From assembly GCA_030390025.1 (NCBI GenBank), contig CM059432.1:4650001-4714000 (forward strand): DNA of 64,000 nt. The letters run 5' to 3'. The notes under the pieces were generated by a model that did no database searches, was not told where the DNA came from, and saw only the letters and a list, made by a program, of their open reading frames with translations. The position numbers and the translations under genes are program-made. The stretch is from Squalus acanthias (lineage: Eukaryota). Shown here piece by piece: positions 48,823-61,875 of the stretch; positions within the stretch are counted from its first letter, which is position 1; every line of letters starts with the position of its first letter.

Positions 48823-51800
48823 AGGAGTGTTATAAGACAAAAAAATTGACACCGAGCCACATAAGAAATTAGGGCAGATGACCAAAAGCTTGGTCAAAGA
48901 GGTAGGTTTTAAGGAGCGTCTTAAAGGAGGAAAGAGAGGTAGAGAGGCGGAGAGGTTTAGGGAGGGAATTCCAGAGCTTAGGGCCTCGGCAGCAGAAGGC
49001 ACAGCCACCAATGGTTGAGCGATTATAATCAGGGATGCTCAAGAGGGCAGAATTAGAGGAGCGCAGATATCTCGGGGGCGGGGGGGGGCTTGTGGGGCTG
49101 AAGGAGATTACAGAGATAGGGAGGGGCCAGACCATGGAGGAGTTTGGAAACAAGGATGAGAATTTTGAAATCGAGGCATTGCTTAACCGGGAGCCAATGT
49201 AGGTCAGCAAGCACAGGGGTGATGGGTGAACGGGACTTGGTGCGAGTTAGGACATGGGCAGCCGAGTTTTGGATGACCTCAAGTTTACGTAGGGTAGAAT
49301 GTGGGAGGCCAGCCAGGAGTGCGTTGGAATAATCAAGTCTAGAGGTAACAAAGGCATGGATGAGGGTTTCAGCAGCAGATGAGCTGAGGCAGGGGCGGAG
49401 ACGGGCGATGTTACGGAGGTGGAAATAGGCGGTCTTAGTTGTGCTGCGGATATGTAGTCGGAAGCTCATTCCGGAGTCAAATATGACGCCAAGGTTGCGA
49501 ACAGTGTGGTTCAGCCTCAGACAGATACTAGGGAGAGGGATGGAGTCAGTGGCTAGGGAACAGAGTTTGTGGTGGGGCCCGAAGTCAATGGCTTCGGTCT
49601 TCCCAATATTTAATTGGAGAAAATTTTTGCTCATCCAGAACTGTATGTCGGACAAGCAGTCTGACACCGTGGAGGGGTCGAGAGAAGTGGTGGTGAGGTA
49701 GAGCTGGGTGTCGTCAGCGTACATGTGGAAACTGATGCTGTGTTTTCGGATGATGTCGCCAAGGGGCAACATGTAGGTGAGAAATAGGAGGGGGCCAAGG
49801 ATAGATCCTTGGGGGACACCAGAGGTAATGATGCGGGAGCAGGAAGAGAAGCCATTGCAGGTGATTCTCTGGCTATGATTAGATACATAAGAATGGAACC
49901 AGGCGAGTGCACTCCCACCCAGCTGGATGACGGTGCAGAGGCGCTGGAGAAGGATGGAGTGGTCAACCGTGTCAAAGGCTGCAGACAAGTCAAGAAGGAC
50001 GAGGAGGGATAGATTACCTTTGTCACAGTCACAAAGGATGTAATTTGTGACTTTGATGAGAGCCATTTCGGTACCATGGCAAGGGTGGAAACCTGATTGG
50101 AGGGATTCAAACATGGAGTTGCGGGAAAGATGGGCACGGGTTTGGGAGGCGACAACACATTCAAGAACTTTGGAGAGGAAGGGAGGTTGGAGATGGAGCG
50201 GTTAAGGGTTGTTTTTTTGAGGGGGGGTGATGACGGCAGATTTGAGGGAGAGGGGGACAGTACCTGAGGAGAGAGAACCGTCAACAATGTCAGCTAACAT
50301 GGGAGCCAGAAAAGGAAGTTGGGTGGTCAGCAGTTTGGTGGGAATAGGGTCCAGGGGGCAGGAGGTCGGTCTCATGGACAAGATGAGCACGGAGAGGTCA
50401 TGAGGGGAGATCGGAGAGAAACTGGAGAAAAATGTGAGTTCAGGGCTAGGGCAGGGGGGAACCTTAGAGGAAGTTTGGCCCGGTGGGCTAGGGGAAGGAA
50501 GGGAAGTGGCAGAGGCAGCTGAACGGATGGTCTCAATCTTAGAGATAAAAAAGTCCATGAGCTCCTCACACTTGTTATCGGAGGTGAGGGTGGAGGAGAC
50601 AGGGGAGAGGGGTTTAAGAAGACGGTTAGCAGTAGAAAATAGTAGCCGGGGGTTATCTTTGCATTCCAGAATGATTCTGGAATAGTGAGCAGTTTGGCAG
50701 ACAAGAGTAGGACCCGATAATGTTTTATGTGGTCCAGCCAGATCTGGCGGTGAATGGTTAAACCAGTTGTCCGTCATATCTGTTCAAGTCTACGTCCCTT
50801 GGACTTGAGGGAGCGGAGATGAGGGCCGTACCAGGGGGAACGGCCAGGGTGAGAGAGAGTAATGGTTTTAATAGGGACTCAGGCATCAAAGGTGGTGGTG
50901 AGGGTGTGGCTGAGCAGATCGGTAACTGCAGAAATGTCGTGGTGAATGGAGGGCCAGAGGCTGGACAGTTGGGATTTCGCAAGTGCAGTTGCAAGAGAGT
51001 TGGGGGAGAGTTTTTTCCAGGGGCGGACACAGAAGGAAGTAGGTTGGGTGGGGGAAGGGGAATGTGGGTGGAAAGTGATACAAGGAAGTGGTCAGAGATG
51101 GCCTTATCTTCGATTGACACAGTGGGAGTAGCAATGCCACGAGAAGGGGGTGGCCGTGAGTATGGGTTGGGGAGTTTACATGGAGGGAGAGATTAAGGGA
51201 GGATAGGAGGCTAGTGAACTCAGGGGAGAGAGAGCATGATGAATTGAGATGGAGGTTGAAATCACCGAGGATGAGAAGTGGCTCGGTGCAGAGGCTGAGG
51301 GAGGAACGCAGTGAAGATATCTCAGTAATAACATTTTTATGGTACTTGGGTGGGCAGCAGAGAACTAAAATTTTAAATGAGAGGTGAGAGGTGGAATAAG
51401 GTGCAATGCTCAAAGGAGGAGAAAGTGTCGGAGGAGTAGGGGGACAGGCCAAGGTGTGATTTGGTGATGAGAGCCACACCGCCACCACGCGGTCTGAGCG
51501 GGGCAAGTGGTGGAAGGTATAGCCGGGCGGGGAGGCTTCATTTAAGGGTAAGGTGTCATCACCCCTCAACCAAGTTCCTGTCAGGACCATGATGTCGATG
51601 CAATCATCTACGATAAGTTCATGGATGGCAAGGGCCTTGTTCGCAAGTGAACGGACACTCTGCAGGGAGATGCACAGCGGATCAGTGATGGCTGATCCAC
51701 TACCAGCGTCCACAGGGTCAGCGCTTGAAGGGGTGAGTTGGGCGGGGCGGTGATTGGCAAGATTAGCCTCCCCCCCCACCCCCGCCGGCGCGCTGGACGG

Positions 51801-52640
51801 GAAGGTCGGTGAGAGAGTAGGATGGGACAGTTGGGGTTGCTGCTCGTGAGGAGACAGCGATGAGTTCCTCGATGGGCCCTTCATAGGAAGCCAAGAGAGG
51901 CACAGAGGGAAGCTGTGGGCTTATCTAAGAGGGAGTCAAGCCTGGGACGGCGGCAGGAGAGTAGGAAGGTCGAAGAGTAATGAAGGATTGGGGTAGGGAT
52001 TTGGGAGGGCAGAGTATCCGATAGGGGAGAGATGAAGGGCGGCATGACGACAGGAGAGAGCGGTCAGGGAGGGATAGAGAGAGAAGAAAAAGGGGAGAGA
52101 AAAAGGTGGAAATAGAAGTGAACGGCTCGAGTCCGGAGCGGCAGCCAATGTGTGCACGCGAATAGACACAGGAAAAAACTCAAGTTACAGAGGCCTGGTT
52201 ATGTAGCAATTATAGGGATGCATATTTCCTGGCAGCAGGGAATAGGTTGGTGACAATAGTAGGGAGTCCAGAGTTAAAGTCGGAGGTCCCGCAGAGGGAA
52301 AATGTTGACACAGGTAGGATGGAGTCGGCGTGGAGCATCGTCAGACTGTTGTCCAAGCTCGGAGACAGGAGTCGCAGATGAGTGAAGTCCAGAAGCTATT
52401 TGAAGGGTTGAGAATTGAAGGATGGAGGTTATTGCCGTGGTAATGAGAAACGGTTGCGGTGCAGGAAGATGATGCCGAAGTTGGCACGAGGTTGGAGGTC
52501 ACCGTAGATCAGAAGCAGCGGAGAAAATGTAAAACCACAAGCCAGCGACCAACAAAGCAGAAAAACCAGTAGAATGAGTCTCCCGGCTCAGCATAGAAAC
52601 AGCAGCAACTAGCAGAAACCAACAAAGCTGAAAAACCAGT
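48823..52640 (-). mobile_element. L2-clade LINE, long decayed copy (APE plus RT, frameshifted; 5' boundary approximate)
   Basis: SVRSLANK, LILGDFNLH, ISDH, LDLSAAFDTVDH, GVPQGSILGP, YADDTQLY, SRLDYSNALL. Confidence 0.9.
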
Positions 52641-52724
52641 CGAACTGGCATTTATTTAGCACCTTTTATGATCTCAGGACATCCCAAATCGCTTTACAGC
52701 CTTTGAAGTACTTTTTGAGGTGTA

Positions 52725-53650
52725 GGGGAAACCAGAGGACACAGATTTAAGGTAATTGGCAAAAGAACCAGAGGAAATGAGAAGAAACTTTTTACGCGGC
52801 GAGTTGTTGTGATCTGGAACGCGCTGCATGAAAGGGCGGTGGAAGCAGTTTCAATAGTAACTTTCACAAGGGAATTAGAAAAATATCATCACTAAGACCG
52901 CCTATTTCCACCTCTGTATCATCGCCCGTCTCCGCCCTTGCCTCAGCCCATCTGCTGCTGAAACCCTCACCCATGACTTTGTTACCTCTCGGTTTGTCTA
53001 TTGCAATGCACTCCTGATCATCCAAAACTCGGCTGCCCGTGTCCTAACTCGCACCAAGTCCCGTTCGCCCATCACCCCCTGTGCTCGCTGACCTACACTG
53101 GCTCCCGGTTAAGCAACGCCTCGATTTCAAAATTCTCATCCTTGTTTTCAAATCCCTCCATGACCTCGCCCCTCCCTATCTCTGTAACCTCCTCCAGCCC
53201 CACAACCCCCCGAGATCTCTGCGCTCCTCTAATTCTGGCCTTTGAGCATCCCTGATTATAATCGCTCCACCATTGGCGGCCGTGCCTTCAGCTGCCTGGG
53301 CCCTAAACTCTGGAATTCCCTCCCTAAACCTCTCCGCCTCTCTCTCCTCCTTTAAGACGCTCCTTAAAACCTCCCTCTTTGACCAAGCTTTTGGTCACCT
53401 GCCCTAATATCTCCTTAGGTGTCAAATTTTGTCTGATAATCGCTCCTGTGAAGCGCCGAGGGACGTTTTACTACGTTAAAGGCGCTATATAAATACAAGG
53501 TGTTGTTGTTGAAGGGGAAAAATTTGCAGGGCTGTGGGGAAAGAGCAGGGGGGGAGTGGGACTAATTGGAGAGCTCGGCCAAAGAGCCGGCACAGGCACA
53601 ACGGGCCGAAAGGCCTCCTTTCGTGCTGTAAGAATCTATCATTCTATGAA
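52725..53650 (+). mobile_element. CR1 3' end interrupted by an L2 3' fragment (about 52886-53510)
   Basis: CR1 FFTRRVV region, L2 3' UTR with a TTG tail, then the CR1 3' UTR. Confidence 0.75.
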
Positions 53651-53652
53651 TA

Positions 53653-54157
53653 TGATGTGGAGAAATGTGAGAAGTCGCACAACACCAGGTTATAGTCCAA
53701 CAGCTTTATTTGAAATCACAAGCTTTCGGAGCGCTGCTCCTTCCTCAGGTGAAGTGAAGAGATGCATATAGGCACAGCATATATAGTCAGAGAACACTGC
53801 CAGATGATTACAGTTAATCTTTCCAACTGCCCTTTATCACACCTCGGCAGAGAGATAATCACGGCAATCAAAGGTGTGGATGGTGTCCAAACAGGTCAGT
53901 CAGGAAAACATTCCATCAAAGACAATGAGGTGGGGTCACAAGGGGTCAAATGTGGCAGATGCTGGGGTCTGGATGGAAAACAAAAAACTGTTTTTGCTGG
54001 AAATCACAGCAGGTCCGGCCGCATCTGTGTCGAGAGAACAAGCCAATGACGACTCGAGTCTGGATGACTCTACGTCAGGTGGGGTTACATGTAGCGTGAC
54101 ATGAACCCAAGATCCCGGTTGGGGCCGTCCTCATGGGTGCGGAACTTGGCTATCGGT
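53653..54157 (-). mobile_element. Penelope family 2 3' fragment
   Basis: Minus strand reads IAKFRTHEDGPNRDLGFMSRYM* (GIY-YIG C-terminus like); 11-bp TSD TTCTATGAATA. Confidence 0.75.
53716..53752 (-). ncRNA. Minimal hammerhead ribozyme (Penelope family 2)
   Basis: Minus strand TCAC-CTGAGGA-A-GGAGC agc GCTCC-GAAA-GCTT-GTGA. Confidence 0.8.
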
Positions 54158-54497
54158 TTCTATGAATAGTTTGTTATTGCTCCTCACTGTAACCTTGCAA
54201 CTGTATCGCAAAGAGGGATTGTTTGCCCACTGCGAATTTTGATAAATGATCAGCTATACACATTTCTTTTCCTCTCAATCAGCTACATTACCACATTCGA
54301 GTGGCTTGACCAACATTTATCCTTCAATCAACACCCCCCAGAACTGGCCATATCTGGTCACTTATTGATGATTGTGGGACCTTGCTGTGCGCAATTTAGC
54401 TGCTCTAATTCTCTACATTATAACAGTGACTACACTTCAAAAATAATTTTGCTGGCTGTAAACCCTTTCAGGAGATCCTGAGGTCACGAAAGACATT

Positions 54498-57337
54498 GGC
54501 CGCGAGCTTGCTGACCTCGGCGGGTCCGTGGCGGGCGATGTCGGTGGCGGGTCCATCCCGCTGTCTGAAATGAATTTCCCTTGACTGGGCTTGTTAAGCC
54601 CCGCCCAGCGCATTTCCCGGCCAATTAGAGGAAGCGGGTCTGGTGACGTCATTTGATGACGCGTCATCAGCCGGTTTCCTTAAAGGGACCACGCCAAATT
54701 GATTTTGACATTTGTGCTGTCAGTGTTCTACAGCATTGAGATGCTGCAAACACTGACAATGACTGTACAAAGGCACAGGGCTGCACCCAGGCTCTCCCAT
54801 GACTCACTCCATATGCTTATGGAGGGAGTCATAGCACACAGGGAGGTCCTCTTCCCCTCCCATGGGTGGAAGAGACCTCCCAAGGACAACAAAACAGCCT
54901 GGTTGCACATTGCAGAGAAGGGCACAAGCAAGGCTGTGGTCAGGAGGACCTGGGTGCAGTGCAGCAAAATTTCAATGATCTCTGGCTGTCAGATAGAAAA
55001 CAGAGAGTTGGAATAAACGGCTCATTTTCTGAATGGCAGGCAGTAACAAGTGGGGTACCACAGGGATCTGTCCTGGGTCCCCAGCTGTTCACAATTTACA
55101 TTAATGACCTGGATCAGGGAGTCGGATGCAGCATTTCCAAATTTGCAGACGACACTAAACTAGGAGGGGGGGTGGGCTCAGAGGAGGAGACCAGGAAGCT
55201 CCAGAGCGATTTGGACAGACTGGGTGATTGGGCGGATAAATGGCAGATGCACTATAATGTGGACAAGTGCGAAGTTATCCACCTTGGGTGCAGGAACGGG
55301 AGGGCAAATTATTATTTAAATGGCAATAAATTGGGAGAGGGGGAAGTACAGAGAGACCTGGGTGTTCTTGTACACCAGTCACTGAAGGCGAGCATGCAGG
55401 TGCAACAGGCGATCAAGAAGGCAAACGGTATGCTGGCCTTCATAGCAAAAGGGTTGGAATACAGGAACAGGGATACCTTGCTGCAGCTGTACAGGGCACT
55501 GGTGAGACCACACCTCGAGTACTGTGTACAGTTTTGGTCGCCTTATCTGAGGAAAGATGTTCTTGCCATGGAGGGGGTGCAGCGGCGATTCACCAGGCTG
55601 ATACCAGGAATGGCGGGATTGACCTATGAGGAGAGACTATGTAGTTTAGGGATGTACACACTGGAGTTTAGAAGATTGAGAGGGGACCTCATAGAAGTGT
55701 ATAAAATTCTGACAGGTCTAGACAGACTAGATGCAGAAGGAATGTTTCCCTTGGCGGGTGAGAACAGAACTAGAGGACATAATTTAAGGATAAGGGCTAA
55801 ACCATTTAGGACAGAAATGAGGGGGAATTTCTTCACTCAGAGGGTGGTGAACCTGTGGAACTCATTGCCACAGAGGGCAGTGTACGCCAGCTCATTAAAA
55901 ATATTTTTAGAGGGAATTAGATATATTTCTACAGGCAAAAGGGGTTAAGGGTTACGGAGAGAAGGCGGGGACGGGGATACTGAATTGGAGGATCAGCCAT
56001 GATCTCATTAAATGGCGGAGCAGGCTCGAAGGGCCGGATGGCCTACTCCTGCTCCTATCTTCTATGTATCTATGTATCTATGTATCTCAGTAGATCACAA
56101 AACGTTGGTACAAAGCCACACTCAACCTCATCCTCCTGTACCTCTCATCACATTCCCATCACTCTGCCTTCCCTGCCCTACTCCTGCACATCCTTCTCCC
56201 ACCAACTTACCTTGCACCTCCACCCATCCCTCTCTATCTATTTTATCACATCCCCATCTCACTAGCCACCCCTCACACTCACCCTCATCTTAGTGCAATC
56301 ATACCAACTAACAACACACAAGGGTAGACACTTGGGTGTTTTATGCAATGTTCATGTGAAGTTTCTGGTAATGTGGTGTCAAACATTGAAACCTTTATTT
56401 TCAACACTTTGCGTTCTTGGACAGATTTGTGTGCACCTTTGGAAGTGGCTTAGTGAGTAGCAGTGAATGGTGAGACATAGTGGTACCCCCCGCAATGGCG
56501 ATGAGTGTGAAAGGAATGGCTTGGGCATTGTAGGGATGCTTTATGGTGTTGGTGTGGGGTGGTGCCAACCTGGTGCATCATGTGGCAGCCCGGGTGTAGA
56601 GCGTCAAGTGAAGTAAATCTGGCCGTGGTGAGGCCATCCCTGGCCTCCTGGGCAGCAATGTGGTCGTGTGCTGATGCCCTCTGTCGTGTGCAGCATCAGG
56701 TGATTGCAGAGAAGGTTGGTGTTGTTGTTGGTGCTGCTGGTGTTAGGGCTGATTGTGGTCGGATTCTGAGGACCAAGGTGAGAGAGTATAGAGGGCACCC
56801 ATGCTGATGGAATAGATGGCAGGTGAAGTAGAGATGACAGAAGCGACCTGTCAATGATGAGAGAGGTAATGAGGTCAGACTGGATGGAGACTTGTGGAAA
56901 GACTTGCAGCAAGGTGAATCTGTTGTGGAAATGCAGTGAGGAAGAGCTTGTGGCTGAGGGAAGATATCTCTGTAAGGTGAAAGCTTTTACTGCACATTTG
57001 AAGCTGTCAAATCAACAGCTGATTCAATGGCCACTGAACTCCCACCTCAGCTTGACAGACGTGGTCCACGAGCAGCGAGGACCCTGTGGGCGAGCTGTCA
57101 AATGCGAAAGGTGAGCTGAAATTCATTCTCAAGTGGCTCTAAACAAGCCACTAATGACCTGAATTGGGTCCCCCGCTGCTGCCTGTCGGGTCTGCTCAGC
57201 GCTGACAGACCCGCCATCGGGGAAAGGCGCGTGGCGGCGGGTTCACAGCGAGGTCCCGACCCGCTGGGGGAAAAAAACACTTTCCCACCCGACCCGCCAC
57301 CGATCGCGCCCGCTGACCCCCCTGGAAAATTCTGGCC
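54498..57337 (-). mobile_element. Second Harbinger family, internally deleted, containing a CR1
   Basis: Myb/SANT remnant RAAPRL..REVLFP..RTWVQC (+, about 54760-54980) and transposase N-terminus MGALY.. (-, from 56802); weak GGCC termini. Confidence 0.65.
54982..56085 (+). mobile_element. CR1 RT C-half and 3' UTR
   Basis: GVPQGSVLGP, FADDTK, PHLEYCVQFWSP; (TATCTATG)n tail. Confidence 0.92.
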
Positions 57338-58001
57338 TATTATATAAATACAATCTCCTTTCTAAATTTTTTTACTTACTTTATTTGCCCCCATCTTGAT
57401 TAACACTGTAAATGTTTTTTGTCATCAAAATCCTTCCATGGCCTCGCCTTTCTCCATTTCTGGCCTCTCGAGCATCCCCGATTTGCATCGCTCCACCATT
57501 GATGGCCGTGCCTTCAGTCGCCTGGGCCCTAAGCTCTGGAATTCCCTCCCTAAACCTCTCCGCCTCTCTCCTCCTTTAAGACGCTCCTTAAAACCTCCCT
57601 CTTTGACCAAGCTTTTGGTCACCTGTCCTAATATCTCCTTAGGTGGCTCGGTGTCAAATGTTGTCTGATTCCGCACCTTCGGACGTTTTACTATGCTATG
57701 CAAAAGCAAGTTGTTGTTGTTCTGTCTTCTCAGCCACGGCCCCGCTTATATCAGCCCCCTCCTCAAAAAATACCCACCCACAATCCCTTTATCCCTACAA
57801 ACTACCAGCTCATCTCCAACCTCCCTTTTTTCTCCAAAGTCCTTGAACGTGTTGTTGCCTCCCAAATCCATGTTTGAATCTCTCCTATCAGGTTTTCTTC
57901 CCCACTACAGCACTGAAATGACCCAAACCAAAGTCACAAATGACATCCTCTATGACTTTGACCATGGGGCATTATCCCCCCCCCTCAATCTCTCTGCAGC
58001 C

Positions 58002-58569
58002 TTTCTTCTTCTTCTTCTTCTTAGGCAGTCCCTCGGAACCGAGGATGACTTGCTTCCGCACTAAAAATGAGTTCTCAGGTGCTGTTGAGTCCAATGTGGG
58101 ACCTACAGTCTCTGTCACAGGTGGGGCAGACGGTGGTTGAAGGGGTGGGTGGGTGGGGTGCTTGGGTTGATGTGCGCTCCTTGCGCTGCCTGCGCTTGGC
58201 TTCCGCTTGCTCCCAGCGAAGAGACTCGAGGTGTTCGGCGCCTTCCCGGATGCTTCTCCACCACTTTGTGCGGTCTTGGGCCAGGGATTCCCAGGTGTCG
58301 GTGGGGCTGTTGCACTTTTTCCAAGGAGGCTTTGAGAGTGTCCTTGAAGCGTTTCCTCTGCCCACCTGGGGCTCTCTTGCCGTGTCGGAGCTCCGAGTAG
58401 AGCGCTTGTTTTGGGAGTCTCATATCGGGCATGCAGACGATGTGACCCGTCCATCGGAGCTGGTCGAGCGTGGTGAAAGCTTCGATACTGGGGATGTTGG
58501 CCTGAGCGAGAACACTGACGTTGGTGCGCCTATCCTGCCAATGGATTTACAAGATCTTGCGGAGGCAGC
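58002..58569 (-). mobile_element. RTE LINE 3' fragment
   Basis: Close match to 5157-5713, (GAA)n tail, flanking repeat GCAGCCTTTC. Confidence 0.9.
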
Positions 58570-59369
58570 CTTTCACACGATCGATCGCACCATCTCCTTT
58601 CATTCCTTTCCTCTGTTGTCCAGCTCGATGAGCCTGCCCTCGCTCGATTCCACTCTTACCTATCCAATGGTACTCAGAGCATCTCCAGCAATTGCTTCTC
58701 TTCCCTCATCCCCCAACCCTTCACCATCACCTTGGCTGTCCCCTAAGGATCAATTCTTGGCCTTTTCCTCTTCCTCCTCTACGTGCTACTCCTTGGCGAT
58801 ATCATCTGCAGATACTGAGTCAGCTTCCACATATATGCTGATGACACCCAGGGCTACCTCTCCATCACCTCTCTGGTCCCCGCCACTGTCTGTGTGCTTG
58901 TTCGACATCCAGCCAAATATTGGAAGGCTGAAGTCATCATCTTCAGCACCTGCCACATACTCCAAACCTTCAACAATGACTCCGTCCCCCTCTCCAGCCA
59001 CTCTCTGAGGCTGACCCCATATTCTCTCCCTCACAAAAACTGCATACTTCAACTCCGTAACATCACCTGCTTCCACACCTACTTCAGCCCATCTGAGGCT
59101 GAAACCCTCGTCGACGCCGTTGTCACCTCTAGACTTGATTACTCCCATGCTCACCTGGCTGGCCTTGCATCCTCTACCCTTTGTAAACAGTAGCTCATCC
59201 AAAACTATGTATCCTATCCCGCATTAAGTTCCAATTGCCCATCAACCCCTGTCCCTAACACCTCAAATTTAAAATTCTCATCATTGTGTTTAAATCCTCC
59301 ATGGCTTCAGCCCTCTCTATTTCTGTATCCTTCTCCTGCACTATTGCCCCCTCCCCCTATTCAAACTTG

Positions 59370-60104
59370 GTGTTCAGAGGGACCTGGGTGTCCTTGTACA
59401 TGAATCACTGAAAGTTAACATGCAGGTACAGCAAGCAATTAGGAAAGCAAATGGTATGTTGGCCTTTTATTACAAGAGGATTTGAGTATAAGAGTAAAGA
59501 CGTCTTACTGCAATTATATAGGGCCCTGGTGTGACCACACCTGGAGTATTGTGTACAGTTTTGGTCTCCCTACCTAAGGAAGGATATACTTGCCACAGAG
59601 GGAGTGCAACGAAGGTTCACCAGACTGATTCCTGGGATTGGGGGATTGTCCTATGAGGAGAGATTGAGTAGACTCGGCCTATATTCTCTGGAGTTTAGAA
59701 GAATGAGAGGTGATCTCATTGAAACATACAAAATTGTTACAGGGCTTGACAGGGTAGATGCAGGGAGGCTGTTTCCCCTGGCTGGGGAGTCTAGAACCAG
59801 GGGTCACAGTCTCAGAATAAGTGGTCGGCCATTTAGGACTGAGATGAGGAGAAATTTCTTCAGACAGAGGGTGGTGAATCTTTGGACTTCTCTACCCCAG
59901 AGGGCTGTGGAGGCTCAGTCGTTGAGTATCTTCAAGACAGAGATCGATAGATTTTTGAATATTAAGGGAATCAAGGGATATGGGGATAGTTCAGGAAAAT
60001 GGAGATGAGGTAGAGGATCAACCATGATCTTATTGAATGGCGGAGCAGGCTCGAAGGGCCAAATGGCCAACTCCTGCTCCTATTTCTTATGTTCCTATAT
60101 TCTT
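59370..60104 (+). mobile_element. CR1 3' fragment
   Basis: RRMRGDLIETYKI, RRNFFRQRVVNLW. Confidence 0.9.
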
Positions 60105-60288
60105 AAACTCTTGTTCCTCATACTCCAGCCTCTTGTGCACCCCCTTCCATTCGCCCTAACATTGGCAGCTGTGCCTTCAGCTATCTAGGCCACGCATTCC
60201 CCAAGCCCTTGCGCCTCTCAACTTCCTTCTCCTCCCTGAAGATAATCCTTAAAACTCATCTCTTTGGCTAAGCTTTTGGTCACCCATA

Positions 60289-61015
60289 GTGTCAGCCGTG
60301 GCTCAGTGGGTAGCACTCTCCCCTCTGAATCAGAAGGTTGTGGGTTCAAGTCCCACTCCAGAGACTTGAGCACATAAATCTAGGCTGACACTCCAGTGCA
60401 GTACTGCGGGAGCGTTGCACTGTTGGAGGTGCCATCTTTCAGATGAGACGTTAAATCGAGGCCCTGTCTGCTCTCTCTCAGGTGGACGTAAAAGATCTCG
60501 TGGCACTATTTCAAAGAAGAGCAGGGGAGTGATGTCCTAGGCCAATATTTATCCCTCAGCCAACATAACAAAAAACAGATTATCTGGTCATTATCACATT
60601 GCTGTATGTGGGAGCTTGCTGTGTGCAAATTGGCTGCCACGTTTCCCACATTACAACAGTGACTACACTTCAAAAGAACTTCATTGGCTGTAAAGTGCTG
60701 TGAGACGGCCCGAGGTAGTGAAAGGCGCTATAGAAATGCAAGCCCTTTTTTTTTAACCTGGTTGGCTCACAACCTTTACCTGTCCTTCTCCCTTTCCTCG
60801 ATTGGTTTTGGTCAGTCCTGTAAAGCAACTCGCCGTTGCTTAATTTTTCAGTTCTGACAAAGGCTATCCCCTCAAAAAGTTAACCTTTCCCTCCATTTTT
60901 CGGAAGCTGATGAATCTGCTGCGTGTGTCCAGCATTTGCCACTTTTCCCTCTATAGCGCTTTGGGATGTCCGGTGGTCGTGAAAGGCGCTGTAGAAACGC
61001 AAGTCTTTCTTTTCT
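60289..61015 (+). mobile_element. tRNA-derived DeuSINE-like SINE with captured sequence in its 3' end
   Basis: A/B boxes and Deu-like core; the 3' end occurs twice, around a copy of about 25801-26070. Confidence 0.8.
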
Positions 61016-61327
61016 TTATATCTGCTCTTTGGTTCACCATCCAATTTCTCCTTACGCTTTTGGGATATTTTCCTACAATAAAAGGAACTAAATAACTGCA
61101 GGCTGCTGTTGTACTCGATGCTGGAGAGGATCACTTGTCTTCCCTGAGAGGCCCATTTGGTCCGTTGGTATCAGAAGACCCGGAGAGGACATGTTTCTTT
61201 GGGGCCTTGCTGGGCACCGTTCCAGTGTTGGAGCAGCAGCATGGGGGTGATCCAATAATCCGCCAATGATTCAAGGTGGGCCCTTATGCATGGACCACCA
61301 GTGGACAAATGCACCGATTGGTTGCAG

Positions 61328-61875
61328 AGAAACAACGTAGAAACAGGAGGCACAAGTCAGGAGTGTGATGGAATACTCTCCACTTGCCTGGATGAGTGCA
61401 GCTCCAACAACACTCAAGAAGCTCAACACCATCCAAGACAAAGCAGCCCTCTTGATTGGCACCCCGTCCACCACCTTAAACATTCACTCCCTCCACCACC
61501 GGCGTACGGTGGCTGCAGTCTGTACCATCTACAAGATGCACTGCAGCAACTCGCCAAGGCTTCTTCGGCAGCACCTCCCAAACCCGCGACCTCTACCACC
61601 TAGAAGGACAAGGGCAGCAGGCGCATGGGAACACCACTACCTCCAAGTTCCCCTCCAAGTCACACACACCATCCTGACTTGGAAGCATATCGCCGTTCCT
61701 TCATTGTCGCTGGGTCAAAATCCTGGAACTCCCTCCCTAACAGCACTGTGGGAGCACCTTCACCACATGGACTGCAGCGGCTCAAGAAGGCGGCTCACCA
61801 CCACCTTCTCAAGGGCAATTAGGGATGGGCAATAAATGCTGGCCTTGCCAGCGACGCCCACATCCCATAAACTAA
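61328..61875 (+). mobile_element. CR1-clade 3' fragment, second subfamily
   Basis: MEYSPLAWMSAAPTTLKKL. Confidence 0.85.

Larger units (their letters stand above)
57720..60285 (+). mobile_element. Old L2 fragment interrupted by an RTE and a CR1
   Basis: Degenerate LSAAF, YADDT and SRLDYS motifs; L2 3' UTR at about 60105-60285. Confidence 0.65.

Noticed and set aside
54866..55948. 360-aa ORF as a novel fusion protein
   Set aside because: It is a chance read-through from Harbinger sequence (out of frame with the Myb remnant) into an inserted CR1 RT.
58067..59008. 313-aa ORF
   Set aside because: It is an antisense RTE reading frame joined to an off-frame L2 remnant.
60289..60360. tRNA gene (also 47767-47840)
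   Set aside because: The A/B boxes belong to a SINE head that continues into a repeated SINE body; no convincing cloverleaf.
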